Positions 28,021 through 41,470 of a DNA stretch of 64,000 bases are shown piece after piece. Below the pieces are notes generated by a model. The model saw only the letters and a list, made by a program, of their open reading frames with translations. It was not told where the DNA came from and made no database searches. The stretch spans positions 327,608,001 through 327,672,000 of the forward strand of contig OZ024742.1 of the NCBI GenBank assembly GCA_964016885.1, written 5' to 3'. A program made the translations under genes and the position numbers. How positions within the stretch are numbered: position 1 is the stretch's first letter; every line of letters begins with the position of its first letter. The stretch is from Eledone cirrhosa. Lineage: Eukaryota.

Positions 28021-28783
28021 AATGGAAAAAATGAAATGAAATTTCCTTTCTCACGCTTAGTACGGCTCATACTTAAATATAAGTATGTATACGTACATAC
28101 ATATATGTATACAGACGTACAGTAGTATGTATATACATACATGCACACACATTTATATATATATATGTACGTATGGGTTTACCGAACATTTATTATAATG
28201 TTCGGTTTATTTGTAAACAAACAGCCCGAATTACGCCGTACAGTGTTCGGCAACCATCGTTGCCATTTTGTTCAACACTGACAAAGGAACGATGAACTAG
28301 TTTCAAGCTTATTAGCTATCGTCAGCACCGTATACCTTCCTGTCAGATGATTGAACATTTGAAAGTATATACTTTCCTTATGCATATAAACGGCTTAGCA
28401 GCCTAATTTGCATATCGAGTAAGTTAGTCGGCCGGGCGTACCGAAAACGATAAATGGAAAAGAATGAAATGCAATTTCATTTCTCACTCTTAGTACGGCT
28501 GATACTTAAATATAAGTATGTATACGTACATACATATATGTATACAGACGTACAGTAGTATGTATATGTATACATACATGCACACACATATATATATATG
28601 TACGTATGGGTTTGCTGACGATAGCTAATAAGCTTGAAACTAGTTCATCGTTCCTTTGTCAGTGTTGATCAAAAGGGCAACGATGGTTGCTAAACAGTGT
28701 ACGGCTTAATTCGGGCTGTTTGTTTACAAACAAACCGAACATTATAATAAATGTTCGGTAAACCCATACGTAAATATATATAT
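28021..28783 (-). mobile_element. Non-coding hammerhead element: about 1.4 tandem units of about 432 nt plus an inverted segment
   Basis: Direct repeat 28021-28180/28453-28613. Inverted repeat about 28157-28326/28614-28783. Confidence 0.8.
28290..28330 (-). ncRNA. Minimal type I hammerhead ribozyme (GUU site)
   Basis: cggtg-CTGACGA-t-agct/agct-t-GAAA-ctag-TT-catcg. Palindromic stem III. Inverted copy at 28614-28650(+). Confidence 0.85.
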
Positions 28784-28986
28784 GTGGACATTATGCAACT
28801 TGTTATATAACTTTCAGGAGTCCCAGAAACCTATCTGAGACTTTTATCGATTATATCGATTTTAATCAATATGAGAAGGTCCAGGTTAGATTTTTTCTGT
28901 ATTTATCGTTGTGGTATATGTATGGTCTTTGCCTTCGGTCGTTTTTCTTGGTGTCACACGTTTCAACTGTTGTGTTTACTCTGGAC

Positions 28987-29110
28987 GAAGAAGAAGAAGA
29001 AGAAGAAGAAGAAGAAGAAGAAGAAGAAGAAGAAGAAGAAGAAGAAGAAGAAGAAGAAGAAGAAGAAGAAGAAGAAGAAGAAGAAGAAGAAGAAGAAGAA
29101 GAAGAAGAAG
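28987..29110. repeat. (GAA)n microsatellite
   Basis: Seen directly. Confidence 0.99.
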
Positions 29111-29348
29111 GAGGCTAGTGCAGGCTTTCTGAGCTCGCATTAAGATCAGAATGATTCTTGAGGAATTTCCAATTACCTGCGAAATATTGTTTTCGTTTTT
29201 AAAGTACTTGGTTAATGTGTTCATTATTTTCACTCTTTTACCTATTTTAGTCAGTAAACTGTGGTCATGCTGGGGCATTGTTTTGAATAGATTGACTCCA
29301 TCATATTCATTTCTGAAAAACCAGAGATAAGGATCCAGGAACCAGGAT

Positions 29349-29535
29349 CCATTGAAGGTGGACGCAAGAGGGGACGCCAATGCAAAAACAGGTTGGACAA
29401 TGTCAAAGAATGGACTACACCAGATTTGCTGATGGCTGCTGTTGATAGACTATTTTAAATGTATACTGTTTCTGCATTCGGATCCCTCCGACGACTACAA
29501 AAGTCAAGCGAATGATGATTATGATGATGATGATT
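29349..29535 (+). mobile_element. RTE-like LINE 3' end with (ATG)n tail
   Basis: IEGGRKRGRQCKNRLDNVKEWT followed by atgatg repeats. Confidence 0.65.
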
Positions 29536-31056
29536 CATCTCTATGATGATTATGATGATGATGATTCATCTCTACTTATATTTTTCAAGTCTGGTGTCTA
29601 TTTTATCGATATCTTTGTCGAGCTGCTACGTTATCTTTATTTGGCTTTGTTGCTATTCTTTATGGTGTATGTGACTACGCATTCCACAAGCATGCGTACT
29701 CTTAACGTAATTCTGAGGAAGATTAAGTGAAATTGTGTGACAAGATTGACTCTTTCAATGACGCACTGTTAACCAACGAACTTACTAACAGTTTCCATCC
29801 ACGAAATTTCACTCCCAAAGCTTAGATCGACATGTGACTATAGTAAATAACACATGTCCAAGAGTGGGATCGAATGCAATACTTAATGATTGTGAATCGA
29901 ATCTTTATTTTCAATCGACCATACGCTTTTGACTATAGGGCATACGTAGATCCAGCGCCCTAGCTAGCCTTACAATGTGCGCCCCCACTTCTCAAAGAAA
30001 ATAATTTCAATATTCAATCTGGTACACTGACAAACCAAATTTTTACCACTTTTTGCTCTTACCACACTTAAAATTACTAAGCCTGTATTTTCCACTTCAG
30101 AGTCTACACTCTCAATTTAAAGTTCAGTAATGAAACCCTGTGAACTCTGCGCCCTAGATATAACAATAACCACGAACACTGACATAACGGTGAATATTAA
30201 AAGTATTGAGCAAACAGATATATAGAATCAGCAATGAATTTCTTGAGGTATAACATAGAACTCGAGTACTATATAGAACTATAGGTATTGTATGAGGGCG
30301 GTAGTTTGGCAGTATCGGTAGAGCGTCAGACACCAAGCATAGAGTTATGGCCCTTTACATTCCGAGTTCGGGGTCGATAAGATAAAGCACCAGTAATGCA
30401 CTGGGGTAATTGTTGGCCCAAAGTAGAGAAACAATCACATAGAACTGTAGAAGAAATTTAGAACTATAAGAGCAATATAGAACTAAGTCATATAGAATTA
30501 TAGAAGCAAAATAGAACTAAGGTGCTATAAAGAACTATAGGTGTTACGTAAAATATATGTATTATATAAAGCTATAGGTGTAAAATAGAATATTAATTAT
30601 GGAACAAGTTAATGAGTCATATGCGTGAAGATTAGCTCGATTTACTTAAAGGGCGGCTTAAACTTAACCAAAAGAGAAATCCGGCTTCTATTTTTAGCAA
30701 TAAACCGGTTACATCATTTATTCACTATACACACACATATATATATATATATATGTGTGTGTGTGTACATGTGTAGACGTGTGTGCGTGGGTGCTGTGAG
30801 GTAAGCAATAACCCCAGAATTATACAATGATCAATAATATCTGGCTACCTCTTGTGGAAAGATAATGGTCATACACATAATGAAAAACCGTACCAAACAT
30901 TTAAACTAACATGAAATTATTCTTTCATTAAAACTTACACAAAGTGTTTCTTTCTTTATATCAATGGCGTCTAATATATTTTCACTTCTAATATAACCAC
31001 ACTCTTTACTTTAGCTTCCTCCTACGCCTGGGTGTGAGCGTCAACCTGTCTGGTTG

Positions 31057-31128
<72 letters not shown>

Positions 31129-31146
31129 CCTACCTATATATCTATA

Positions 31147-32645
31147 GTACGAAAGGTTCACAGGGGCTAAGCTGAACCGGGACAAGTCGATCGGTTTGCA
31201 ACTCGGCACGTGGAGGGGCAGACCGATGCCCTCCGATAGCGTCGTCGGACGCTGGACGGAGGGCCCGGTGAAGTTGCTCGGGGTCTGGTTCGGATCGGAC
31301 CTCCAGGTGGAGAAAAACTGGGCGGAGGTTACGAACAGGGTGTTTGCACTGACCCAGAAGTGGGCCAGTTGCAAACTATCCCTGAAAGGTCGGGCTCCAA
31401 GATGGAGCGCGCGCTCTTCCAATTCCTTTGGAAGAGGCGGGCTCCTATGGTGAGGAGATCCATCTGCTGTCAACACCCTTCGAAAGGAGGGCTGGGGATG
31501 CCGTGGCTAATGATGCGTAAACACGCATTAAGGCTACGGCACCTCTACGTATTCCTCACCGGACAACCGGTGTGGGCCTCGTTTGTGAGACGAACCTTTC
31601 CCAGACTCGTCTCACTCACCGAGCTGCAATCCTGGGTCAAGCAAAGACCGAGAAAACTGGGCGCCTGGCACACTGAGTGTGCCCAGGCGCTCACCGCCCT
31701 CTGGCAGGCGGATCCGGTTATCAGTGGAGACTCCACCGCAACATTCTATAGAGGGCTGGTACGCAGCAGGTGCGACGACGCCCTCGGAGAAGCCCTAGAC
31801 ATGGAGGAGGACGAACTGGCCAGCCTGTTCGGTAGGACATTCAGCCCAGGACCTATGGACAACTTCCAGAAGTCCCTGGCCTGGCAGTGCTACCGAGGGG
31901 CTTTACCCGTTCGAGAAAGGCTCTACAGACACGGGCGCCCGGGTAGGGACCCCGCCAAAAAGATCTGTCCCAGATGCGTGTGCGACGAGGAAACCGTTGC
32001 ACACGCATTGGTACACTGCTCGGGCGTAGCCGATCTGTGGGGCTATGTCGAACAACTGCTGTCAAGGGTGGGACCGATCCGGTTGACCACCGAGTCTATT
32101 GTAATGATCAAGCCGCCTCCCCCCTTCAAAGATGAAGCAGAGGCGGTGTTTCTGTGCGTAATAGCCATGGCGAAAGAGGTTGTATGGTGGACGCGTCTGA
32201 AAGGACTGAGGTCAGGCACCTTTCTCTCTGGCCAACAACTGGTCCGTTTCTTCCGATATCATTTCGGAAGAAGGATCAGGATGGAGAGAGAGGTGCTGCA
32301 CCCCAGCCGTTTCTATGAAAGATGGGTGAAAGTGGCGAGAATGGCCCGTGTGAATGGGCCTTCACTCTACATCAGACTATAGGTGAGGAAGATGAAAGAC
32401 CAAGGGAGCACCCCTTCTCTGTGCTCCTGAGGAGAAGGGTTGCACACTTTTTTCGGGGGTGTGTGCGACCCCCCAAGGCGCCTCCTCTCTATTGAGGATT
32501 TTGTTAAAAATTTTATTTTTTGTTATATCTTATTTTATTTTTATATTTTGTTATTGCCTCCTCCTTATTGAGGACGCCTTTTTGTGTAAACTCCCCCCTT
32601 TGTACTTGTCCCACTTTTGATGCCCTAGTGGCAAATAAAAGAAAT
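31147..32645 (+). mobile_element. 5'-truncated Tx1/L1-clade LINE (ORF2 C-terminus + 3'UTR)
   Basis: FLWK, GGLG, CPRC..ET..H..VHC zinc finger. High identity to 37269-38845 with an internal deletion of about 76 nt. Preceded by (TATC)n and ends aataaaagaaa. Confidence 0.92.
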
Positions 32646-33288
32646 ATATCTATATGCTGATTTCTACACAAAAATGTATTTTATATATATATATGTATAT
32701 GCGTGTGTCAAAATGCGACTGTGCTCAGGTTTGGTTTTATATTAAGGATTTTTCATGCTTCTATATGAATTCGTTATTCTCCATTTCGAGTTCGATAAAG
32801 AAAGTACAACCCCGGGAATAGTACATTATTTATCGATGCTGCAATGATGAGTGGCAAAGTTGATTTCTGTGAGATTTGAAATTCAAGCTACCATCCAAAG
32901 CATCATGTTCCCAATTGAAGCGAATAAAAAACAAAACAGAAAAATAAAAAAATGAATTTCAGTAATATTACTGATTCCGTGTATCAAAACATACGTCCTA
33001 ATAAATAACAATCTTAATCTATGTACAAGGCTGCGTTTCTCTTATAAATATTTACAGTTGCTGTTGTACTCGTATCCATCAAACGTAAAAATACTGGCTT
33101 AGTGCAATCAATTTATATCTCGTAATTCCTGTATATTACCCTGGGTAATATATCTACCGGTATGCCACTGCTATAGAGCGGGCTATAGTAAGTTGGATAA
33201 ATGTTTGGGTAAATTTTGAGTTTCAGATATATATTTGCAATGATAAAAAATTGCCTTAAATTCATCACGATTTTGTAACAGTGTTCTA

Positions 33289-33345
<57 letters not shown>

Positions 33346-33350
<5 letters not shown>

Positions 33351-33875
33351 AGTCCCTCATCAGCGATTTGCCGACGATCATAGATATTTCATTGCATTAA
33401 AAATCATATACCTCACGTCGGTGCAATAATAACTAAATTAAGTTATTAGGACAATTAAAACGCGTAAAGCGAGTGAGACAAGAAAACAACAAAGAGTAGA
33501 GCTAACTGTAGAAGAAACGAGACAAGCTTCATAGTTATTCTGCTCCTTCCTTCTACGGTTAGCTCTACTCTTTGTTGTTTTCTTGTCTCACTCGCTTTAC
33601 GCGTTTTAATTGTCCTAATAACTTAATTTAGTTATTATTGCACCGACGTGAGGTATATGATTTTTAATGCAATGAAATATCTATGATCGTCGGCAAATCA
33701 CTGATGAGGGACTTATTTTATTGCATGTTATCCATGTGCTACCAGCAGTATTTTTCTCCCCATTTTATTACAATATTTAATATAAAATATTAAATCAGAA
33801 AGGGCTTTCCTGATGATTTCCTATTTGCTTCGAATGAAACAGTTCTAGTCCTGTAGAAGCCATTTCTATAGTAAA
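33346..33875. mobile_element. Fold-back mini-element with near-perfect arms of about 170 bp
   Basis: Arms 33346-33515/33550-33719, (TA)n flanks, hammerhead downstream on +. Confidence 0.75.
33803..33861 (+). ncRNA. Type I hammerhead ribozyme
   Basis: ggctttc-CTGATGA-tttc..gaat-GAAA-cag..ctg-TA-gaagcc. Confidence 0.8.
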
Positions 33876-33878
33876 TAT

Positions 33879-33911
<33 letters not shown>

Positions 33912-33915
33912 ATAT

Positions 33916-34049
33916 AACAAAGGAGGTGTGGTAAGGAATCAGATGGACCATAACGCACCAGAGTACTCAATACATAGTGTAGTAGAGTGGGTAATAGAAA
34001 AATGTTTAACTCCGACGGCAGAGCTCTGCCGTCGGGGTTAAACATTTTC

Positions 34050-34051
<2 letters not shown>
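33916..34051. mobile_element. Mini-element family A variant with fold-back at the agagctct palindrome
   Basis: Hairpin 33998-34049, tail homologous to the 1792 copy. Confidence 0.7.
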
Positions 34052-34110
<59 letters not shown>

Positions 34111-34202
34111 AAGTAATTCCTTCGGAAAAGTCCAGGATAAAAGAGTGCTCTATGTAGGTTACAGAGCTTAATAGTTATGTAATAAACAACATAAGATAAT
34201 TA

Positions 34203-34263
34203 TTTCATTTACCAGTGGTTTCTTGAAAGCAAAAGAAATTTGCTTTCAGTCATCAGAATGAAA
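34203..34263 (-). ncRNA. Type I hammerhead ribozyme
   Basis: Reverse complement of 34307-34367. Confidence 0.92.
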
Positions 34264-34306
34264 AAATCCTGGTGTATTATTGACAGTGGAAAATACACCA
34301 GGATTT

Positions 34307-34367
34307 TTTCATTCTGATGACTGAAAGCAAATTTCTTTTGCTTTCAAGAAACCACTGGTAAATGAAA
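34307..34367 (+). ncRNA. Type I hammerhead ribozyme
   Basis: tttcatt-CTGATGA-c-tgaaagcaaa/tttgctttca-a-GAAA-ccactgg-TA-aatgaaa. Confidence 0.92.
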
Positions 34368-34392
34368 TAATTATCTTATGTTGTTTATTACA

Positions 34393-34451
<59 letters not shown>

Positions 34452-34964
34452 GCATGTACCGACGTGGGAATCAAACGAACCCCAATCCTAAAGCTAACAT
34501 ATTTGCAATAAATCCATTGAAACGAGCGATATATTTTCGTTTTCTTATTTCGAAATTTATTGTCAAGGTTTATATTAGCAAACTTCGACATTCGGTTGAT
34601 GCAACTTTACTGCCTATAGGCTACTAGTGTCTTTGATAAAAAAAAAACTTAACCGTCACTTTATCTCACTGTCATTCCTCCCCTCAAAGCAGAAGAACCA
34701 CTTGACTAACACTGCAACAACAATAAGTCCGCATCTACCTTACCATCCTCCGGGGAAACACCTCCTCCATTATGTCTGCCGGGCTGTGGGGTGGCCTGCA
34801 CGTGGGACCCCATTTGCTCACTATAGAGAGAGATGGGGAGGGAGAGTGGGATGTGGGCGATAACGGTGGGAGTCGGCTCTTCAGTGTTTGGACACATTGC
34901 ATCTGTCAAGAGTGTATATTGATGTACTTATAATTAAATAACCATCTATCTATCTATCTATCTA

Positions 34965-35095
34965 ATGTCTCCCCCTATTGGGCAAAATCGATTAACTTTT
35001 AAATTGCCTTTGTGATAATATTTTACACGTTTTTTATTGTATGTAAATTTCCCCCTTTGTATTTGTCCCCTTCTTTTGTGGCTAATAAAGAAACA

Positions 35096-35098
<3 letters not shown>
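34965..35098 (+). mobile_element. Tx1-like LINE 3'UTR stub between (TATC)n tracts
   Basis: tgtaaatttccccctttgtatttgtccc..ggctaataaagaaa matches the 3' ends of the other copies. Confidence 0.75.
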
Positions 35099-35158
<60 letters not shown>

Positions 35159-35159
35159 T

Positions 35160-38100
35160 TAGGCTGTTTAAATGCGCGTGGCCTGGGCTCAACTTGGAAG
35201 CAAGCAATGCTTCTAAATGACCTCAGGTCACAACGTATAGATGTGATGGTTATTTGCGAGACCCGGATCAGCAACGTGCGACAGCTGGCCCCCACCTTTG
35301 ATGACTTTGAGATGCACGCATCTCTTTGTCAGCCCGGAGGTGGGGGTGGAGTTGTCGTTCTGCTGCAAAAACATCTGGGTCTCGCAACACAGATGGTACA
35401 TTTGGACACGGAGGGTCGACTAGTGGTTCTGGACCTTGGCAGTGGTAAAGGCGGAGCGTTTAGGTTGGTAGCCGCCTACGGCCCTTTCGGGTCAATGCGG
35501 CCGGACTTCTTCCATCGTCTGGAGACTTTTCTAGGGACGTCCCGCTCCTTGCTATTAGTGGGGGAATGGAATGGTATCCTAGATGCACGCTGGGACTACG
35601 TAGGGGCCTGTCCCGATAGAGAGGGGTGTAATAGCCTCAAAGGGTTAATCGGTCGATTTGACCTGGCCGATAGATATCGACTAGATTTTCCGACTGCGCC
35701 AACCTGGACTTGGGCAAATCGTAGCGGATCATCTAGGTCGTACCTAGATAGGTTCTTAGTTAGAATTAAAGATAAGGACTTTTTAAGTTGTCCAAAAATG
35801 CGCATGGTTGGCTATTCAGACCACAAGTTAGTAACCTGCATGATCAACCTTGACAGAACTCATAGACAGGGACCCGGTTACTGGAAGCTCAACTTGTCCT
35901 TACCGGCAAGTAAGGCTTACAGGGACCGGATTAGCACTTTAGTTAAGGAGCGGTTGACGGGCGCCATCGTCAACAGCAGGTGGTGGGGATCTCTCAAAAG
36001 AGAGATTAGAGTAGTCTCTATAGAATTTAGTAAGGAGTTAGCCTCAAATAGAAATAGGAAGGAAAGGGAGTTGGTAGATAGTGTAGAAGAGGCAATTAGA
36101 AGCGGCGACGTGGCCAGAGTGCTAGCGTCGAGAACGGCCCTGGGCCAGTTCTTCGACGCGAAACACGAAGGCTGCATCGTCCGAAGCAAAATACGTGCTC
36201 TGAGAAACGAGGGGACCAAAGCTGTTAGCTGGGCCCGCGTGACAGAAGCCAAAAGAGGGAGCAGATCCAGGATCCGGTCTTTGTGAGACCAGGATGGACG
36301 GGTGATCCTTGAACCTAAGCAGATGTGCGAGGCTTTTCAAAAGCACTTTGCCGGATTGTTCGGAAGGGGCGGGGGGCCGGTTGGGGATGTGGACTTCGGT
36401 CCATACCTCGACGGCCTGCCGCGTCTCTCGGACAGGGAGGCGAAGTCCTGCGAGGAGCCGATTTCAGCCGCTGAGATAGAGGACGTGCTGAGCCAATGCG
36501 GCAAACGCAAATCCCCGGGTCTCGATGGTCTTCCATACGAACTATATCTAGCTATGCCGGACTTGTTCCCCGATCTCCTCGAGGCGGTCTACTGCAACTG
36601 GTAACAGAACGGGAGAATTCCCTGTGCTGTGACCAAGGGCATAGTCACGCTAGTGAGGAAGGACGAGAACAAGGGGGACGATATAAATAATTTCAGGCCC
36701 ATAACTCTGCTAAATACAGAGTTACAGATTTTGGCCAAGGTGCTAGCAAAGAGGTTGGCGCTTGTCGTGGGCAACCTGGTGGGAGATGCGCAGACATGTG
36801 CTATCCCGTCCAGGTCCATCCACGACAACCTCCACCTCATGCGATACATCATAGAGAGGGTTGGGAACGAACCCGGCTTTGGTGGGGCCCTGATCAACTT
36901 GGATCAATCTAAAGCATTATATAGGGTCGACCATGGTTACCTGGATGCGGTGCTAGCGGCGGCAGGCTTCGGACCCCTTTTCAGGGGCTGGATCAATGCC
37001 ATGCACAGCAGCCGCATCTTCTCTAGGGTCAAGGTGAACGGCTACCTCTCGGAGCCGTTCGAAATCGCACGGTCCATCCGACAGGGGTGCCCTCTCTCCT
37101 CCCTTCTGTATGTAATGACTCTAGAGCCACTGCTGCGGAAGTTGGAGTTGTTGCAGGGCATCCCGTTGGAACCGGGATTGCGGAAAGCGGTGTCAGCCTA
37201 CGCCGATGACGTAACAGTAATGGTGTCGACGGCCTCGGAAATCGGGGCGATCGGCACCTTACTGGAGGAGTACGAAAGGTTTACAGGGGCTAAGCTGAAC
37301 CGGGACAAGTCGATCGGTCTGCAACTCGGCACGTGGAGGGGCAGATCGATGCCCTCCGATGGCGTCGTCGGGCGCTGGACGGAGGGCCCGGTGAAGTTGC
37401 TCGGGGTCTGGTTCAGACCAGACCTCCAGGTGGAGAAGAACTGGGGTGAGGTAACGAACACGGTGTTTGCACTGACCCAGAAGTGGGCCGAGTGCAAACT
37501 GTCCCTGAAAGGTCGGGCGGAGGTGGCGAATACTTATATAGCGTCCGTCATCTACTACCGCCTAACCGTTGTGCCTTGCCCAAGAGAAACGCTCGCCAAA
37601 ATGGAGCGCGCACTCTTCCAATTCCTTTGGAAGAAGCGGGCTCCTATGGTGAGGAGATCCATCTGCTGTCAACACCCTTCGAAAGGAGGGCTGGGGATGC
37701 CGTGGCTAATGATACGTAAACACGCATTAAGGCTACGGCACCTTCAGGTATTCCTCTCCGGTCAACCGGTGTGGGCTCCGTTTGTGAGGCGAGCCTTTCC
37801 CAGACTCGTCTCACTCACCGAGCTGCAATCCTGGGTCAAGCAAAGACCGAGAAAACTGGGCGCCTGGCACACCGAGTGTGCCCAGGCGCTCACGGCTCTT
37901 TGGCAGGCGGACCCGGCTGTCAGTGGAGAATCCACCTCGTCATTCTATAGAGGGCTGGTGGTTAGCAGGTGCGACGACGCCCTCGGAGAAGCCCTAGGCA
38001 TGGAGGAAGACGAACTGGCCAACCTGTTCGGTAGGACATTCAGCCCGGGACCCATGGATAACTTCCAGAGGTCCCTGGCCTGGCAATGCTACAGAAGGGC

Positions 38101-38845
38101 TCTGCCCGTTCGACAAAGGCTCTACAGACACGGGCGCCCAGGTAGGGACCCATCGAAAAAGATCTGTCCCAGATGCGTGTGCGACGAGGAAACCGTTGCA
38201 CACGCATTGGTACACTGCTCGGGCATTGCCGATCTGTGGGGCTATGTCGAACAACTGCTGTCAAGGGTGGGACCGATCCGGTTGACCACCGAGTCTATTG
38301 TAACGATCAACCGCCTCCCCTCTTCAAAAACGAAGGAGAGGCGGTGTTTCTGTGCGTAATAGCCATGGCGAAAGAGGTTGTATGGTGGACGCGTCTGAAA
38401 GAACTGAGGTCAGACACCTTTCTCTCTGGCCAACAACTGGTCCGTTTCTTCCGATATCATTTCGGAAGAAGGATCAGGATGGAGAGAGAGGTACTGCACC
38501 TCAGCCGTTTTTATGAAAGATGGGTGAAAGTGGCGAGAATGGCCCGTGTGAATGGGCCTTCACTCTACATCAGACTATAGGTGGGGAAGATGAAAGACCA
38601 AGGGAGCACCCCTTCTCTGTGCTCCTGAGGAGAAGGGTTGCACACTTTTTTTCGGGGGTGTGTGCGACCCCCCAAGGCGCCTCCTCTCTATTGAGGACTT
38701 TGTTATACATTTTATTTTTTGTTATATTTTATTTTATTTTTATATATTGTTATTGCCTCCTCCTTATTGAGGACGCCTTGTTTTGTAAACTCCCCCCATT
38801 GTACTTGTCCCACTTTTGATGCCCTGGTGGCAAATAAAAGAAACA
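35160..38845 (+). mobile_element. Tx1/L1-clade LINE, almost complete ORF2 (APE endonuclease, RT, zinc finger) with a few disablements
   Basis: GCLNARGL, ICET, SYLDRF, YSDH, KSPGLDG, FRPITLLN, RQGCPLS, YADDV, CPRC. Stops or frameshifts near 36284, 36602 and 38310. Confidence 0.95.
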
Positions 38846-39066
38846 TATCTAATACAAAATGAAACGGTTTTCACAAGAACGTCTTCGATCTGCTGATGTT
38901 AACCTGTGAATAAATAACAATCTTACTACAGCCACCATCACCGCCGCCACCATATCAACAGTAACAACATCTTCATCATCATTACCACCAGCATTCCCTC
39001 CAATACTTTTATCCCACCGTCACCTCAAACAACATTACTTTTGTCACATATCGCACAGGCAGACAG

Positions 39067-39134
<68 letters not shown>

Positions 39135-39201
39135 CTGTATGTATTTATATAAATATATTTATTTACATGTATGTGTGTTTGTACACACACACACACATAC
39201 A

Positions 39202-39244
<43 letters not shown>

Positions 39245-39247
<3 letters not shown>

Positions 39248-39337
39248 AAATGTATGACCCCCCCCTCTACTACCCTAAGTATTGAGTACTCTGGTGCGTT
39301 ATGGTCCATCTGGTTCCTTACCACAACTCCTTCGTTA
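39245..39337 (+). mobile_element. Mini-element family A tail (also 44147-44230)
   Basis: ctctactaccctaagtattgag..ggtgcgttatggtcca..ccttcgtta. Confidence 0.7.
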
Positions 39338-39397
39338 TATATATATAAATATATATATATAAACATTTATATATATGTGTCTATATATATTTTAAAG

Positions 39398-39482
39398 GGT
39401 CCGTCGAGCTACCTATTATAGAGTCGGGTAAGATCGATACAGATCGAACTTTGAGCTGATCAGTGGCGAAACGCGCGTCACC
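39398..39482 (+). ncRNA. Hammerhead homologous to 8930-9013, 5' core mutated
   Basis: ggt-CCGTCGA-gct..ggc-GAAA-cgcgcg-TC-acc, then AATAAA. Stem III acgcgcgt is palindromic. Confidence 0.7.
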
Positions 39483-39780
39483 TACCAATAAATGTAATGA
39501 AGGAGTAACCAATCGTCCTTGTTATCCTTTCAATATATTACACTCTGTATAGCTCTACACCTCATCACAGAAGTGAACCTAAACATCGAGTGCTCACCCG
39601 GGTGAACCTGCAGTAACTCCAAGTTACACTCCATATATATATATATATATATCCCACGCACCACCACCCCCACTCTCAAAAGCGTGAACCTAATAAACCC
39701 TTATTTGTACTGTCTCTCTGTTTTTGTTCCCGTCCAAGTTTTAACTATATATATATATATGTGTGTGTGTGTGTATGTAT

Positions 39781-39814
<34 letters not shown>

Positions 39815-39815
39815 G

Positions 39816-39878
<63 letters not shown>

Positions 39879-39911
39879 ATATATATACATACACACACAC
39901 ACATATATGTA

Positions 39912-39968
<57 letters not shown>

Positions 39969-40134
39969 GAGAGATAGTTAGATAGATAGCGAGATAGATA
40001 TATACTTACATATATACATATATAAACTATGTATACTATGACACTATCACATGCCGCCATATCACAAGCGTTAATATCGTGTAAGCATCATATAACTATA
40101 GTTTACATGGAGAGAAGAGATAAACCTGTCCATC

Positions 40135-40460
40135 AACACCACCATCACCTTCACCACCAGTACCACCGTCTTTACTACTACTACCACCACCATCACCATC
40201 ACCATCAGTACCACCGTCTTTACTACTACCACCACCACCACCACCATCACCATCAGTACCACCGTCTTTACTACGACCACCACCATCACCATCAGTACCA
40301 CCGTCTTTACTACTACCACCACCACCACCACCACCATCAGTACCACCGTCTTTACTACTACCACCACCATCACCATCAGTACCACCGTCTTTACTACTAC
40401 CACCACCACCACCATCACCATCAGTACCACCGTCTTTACTTCCACTACCACCATCATCCA
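40135..40460. repeat. Minisatellite, 7 units of about 36-48 bp with constant core cagtaccaccgtctttact
   Basis: Seen directly. Units differ in (CCA)n length. Confidence 0.95.
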
Positions 40461-41249
40461 CTCTTCAATTAATTAATCAAATCAATTACAACCCTCTCTA
40501 TCTCTATGTCTTCCCAAATAACGGAACATCACTGCCAGCTGTTATAGACAGTTTTAGGTTTCAATTCCCTGCCTAGTGGATAGCTAATCAACACATATCT
40601 ACGCCTGTCTACTCTATATCGGCTCTTTCAACAAACAACATTTACAAATTAACCATATTTTTCGGGAAATCGAAACCTCATTAAGTCTTAATAAGGGTGT
40701 CAGGTCAGACATGGGACAGACATTCAAACAAGATGCTGCATGTGAGATATGATGGAAGGAGTGGAGGTAAATTGAAAATTTGTGGCTGGTTGACAGGGAG
40801 ACCGACCATGAAAGAATGGCTCTTTCAGCGCATCTCCCTTACCATCCTCCGGGAAAACACCTTCTCTATTCTGTCCGCCGGGGCTGTGGGGCGGCCAGCA
40901 CATGGGACCCCATTTGCTCACCATACAGAGAGATGGGGGCGATGACGGTGGGAGTTCAGCTCTTCCGTGTTCGGACATATTGCACCTGTCATATGGATCA
41001 TGTGATAATTCAAGAACTATTATAACACGATTCCCTGATTAGTAAAATAGTACTTATTGCGCTGAAATAGTAATTAGCGCGCATAGAACACTGGTCAAAA
41101 AAAGGAGAAAAAAAAGAGGAAGAAACGTTCTTTTGGCTTGAAAGATGAATTCTTTATATTTAAGGCACTAATTCCAAGTATGCCATTAATTCTGTACCAT
41201 CAAATCTCGTTTAGGATATACACTATTTTATATGCTAATGTGTCCATTT

Positions 41250-41470
41250 AGGGTTGCCAAGACTGTCCTACAATGAACAGTACCAGGAGGGGGGAAGAGA
41301 GTAGACGGAAAAAGAGATGGGAAGAAAACATCCCGGAGTGGACAGGCATAAATCTGGGTGCAAACATGAGGAGGGCGGAGAGGCGAGAGGAATGGAAGGA
41401 GCTGGTTGCCAGGTCATCTGTGGCGCCCCAACGGTCCACCAGACTACAGGACAGATGCAATGAGAGATGA
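41250..41470 (+). mobile_element. RTE/BovB-like LINE 3' fragment
   Basis: KKRWEENIPEWTG..RRAERREEWKELV..APQR..RL.DR. Confidence 0.8.

Noticed and set aside
40135-40460. Regularly spaced repeats resembling a CRISPR array, or a His-rich or Gly-rich protein
   Set aside because: The spacers are only variable (CCA)n, there are no cas genes, and the context is eukaryotic. It is a minisatellite.
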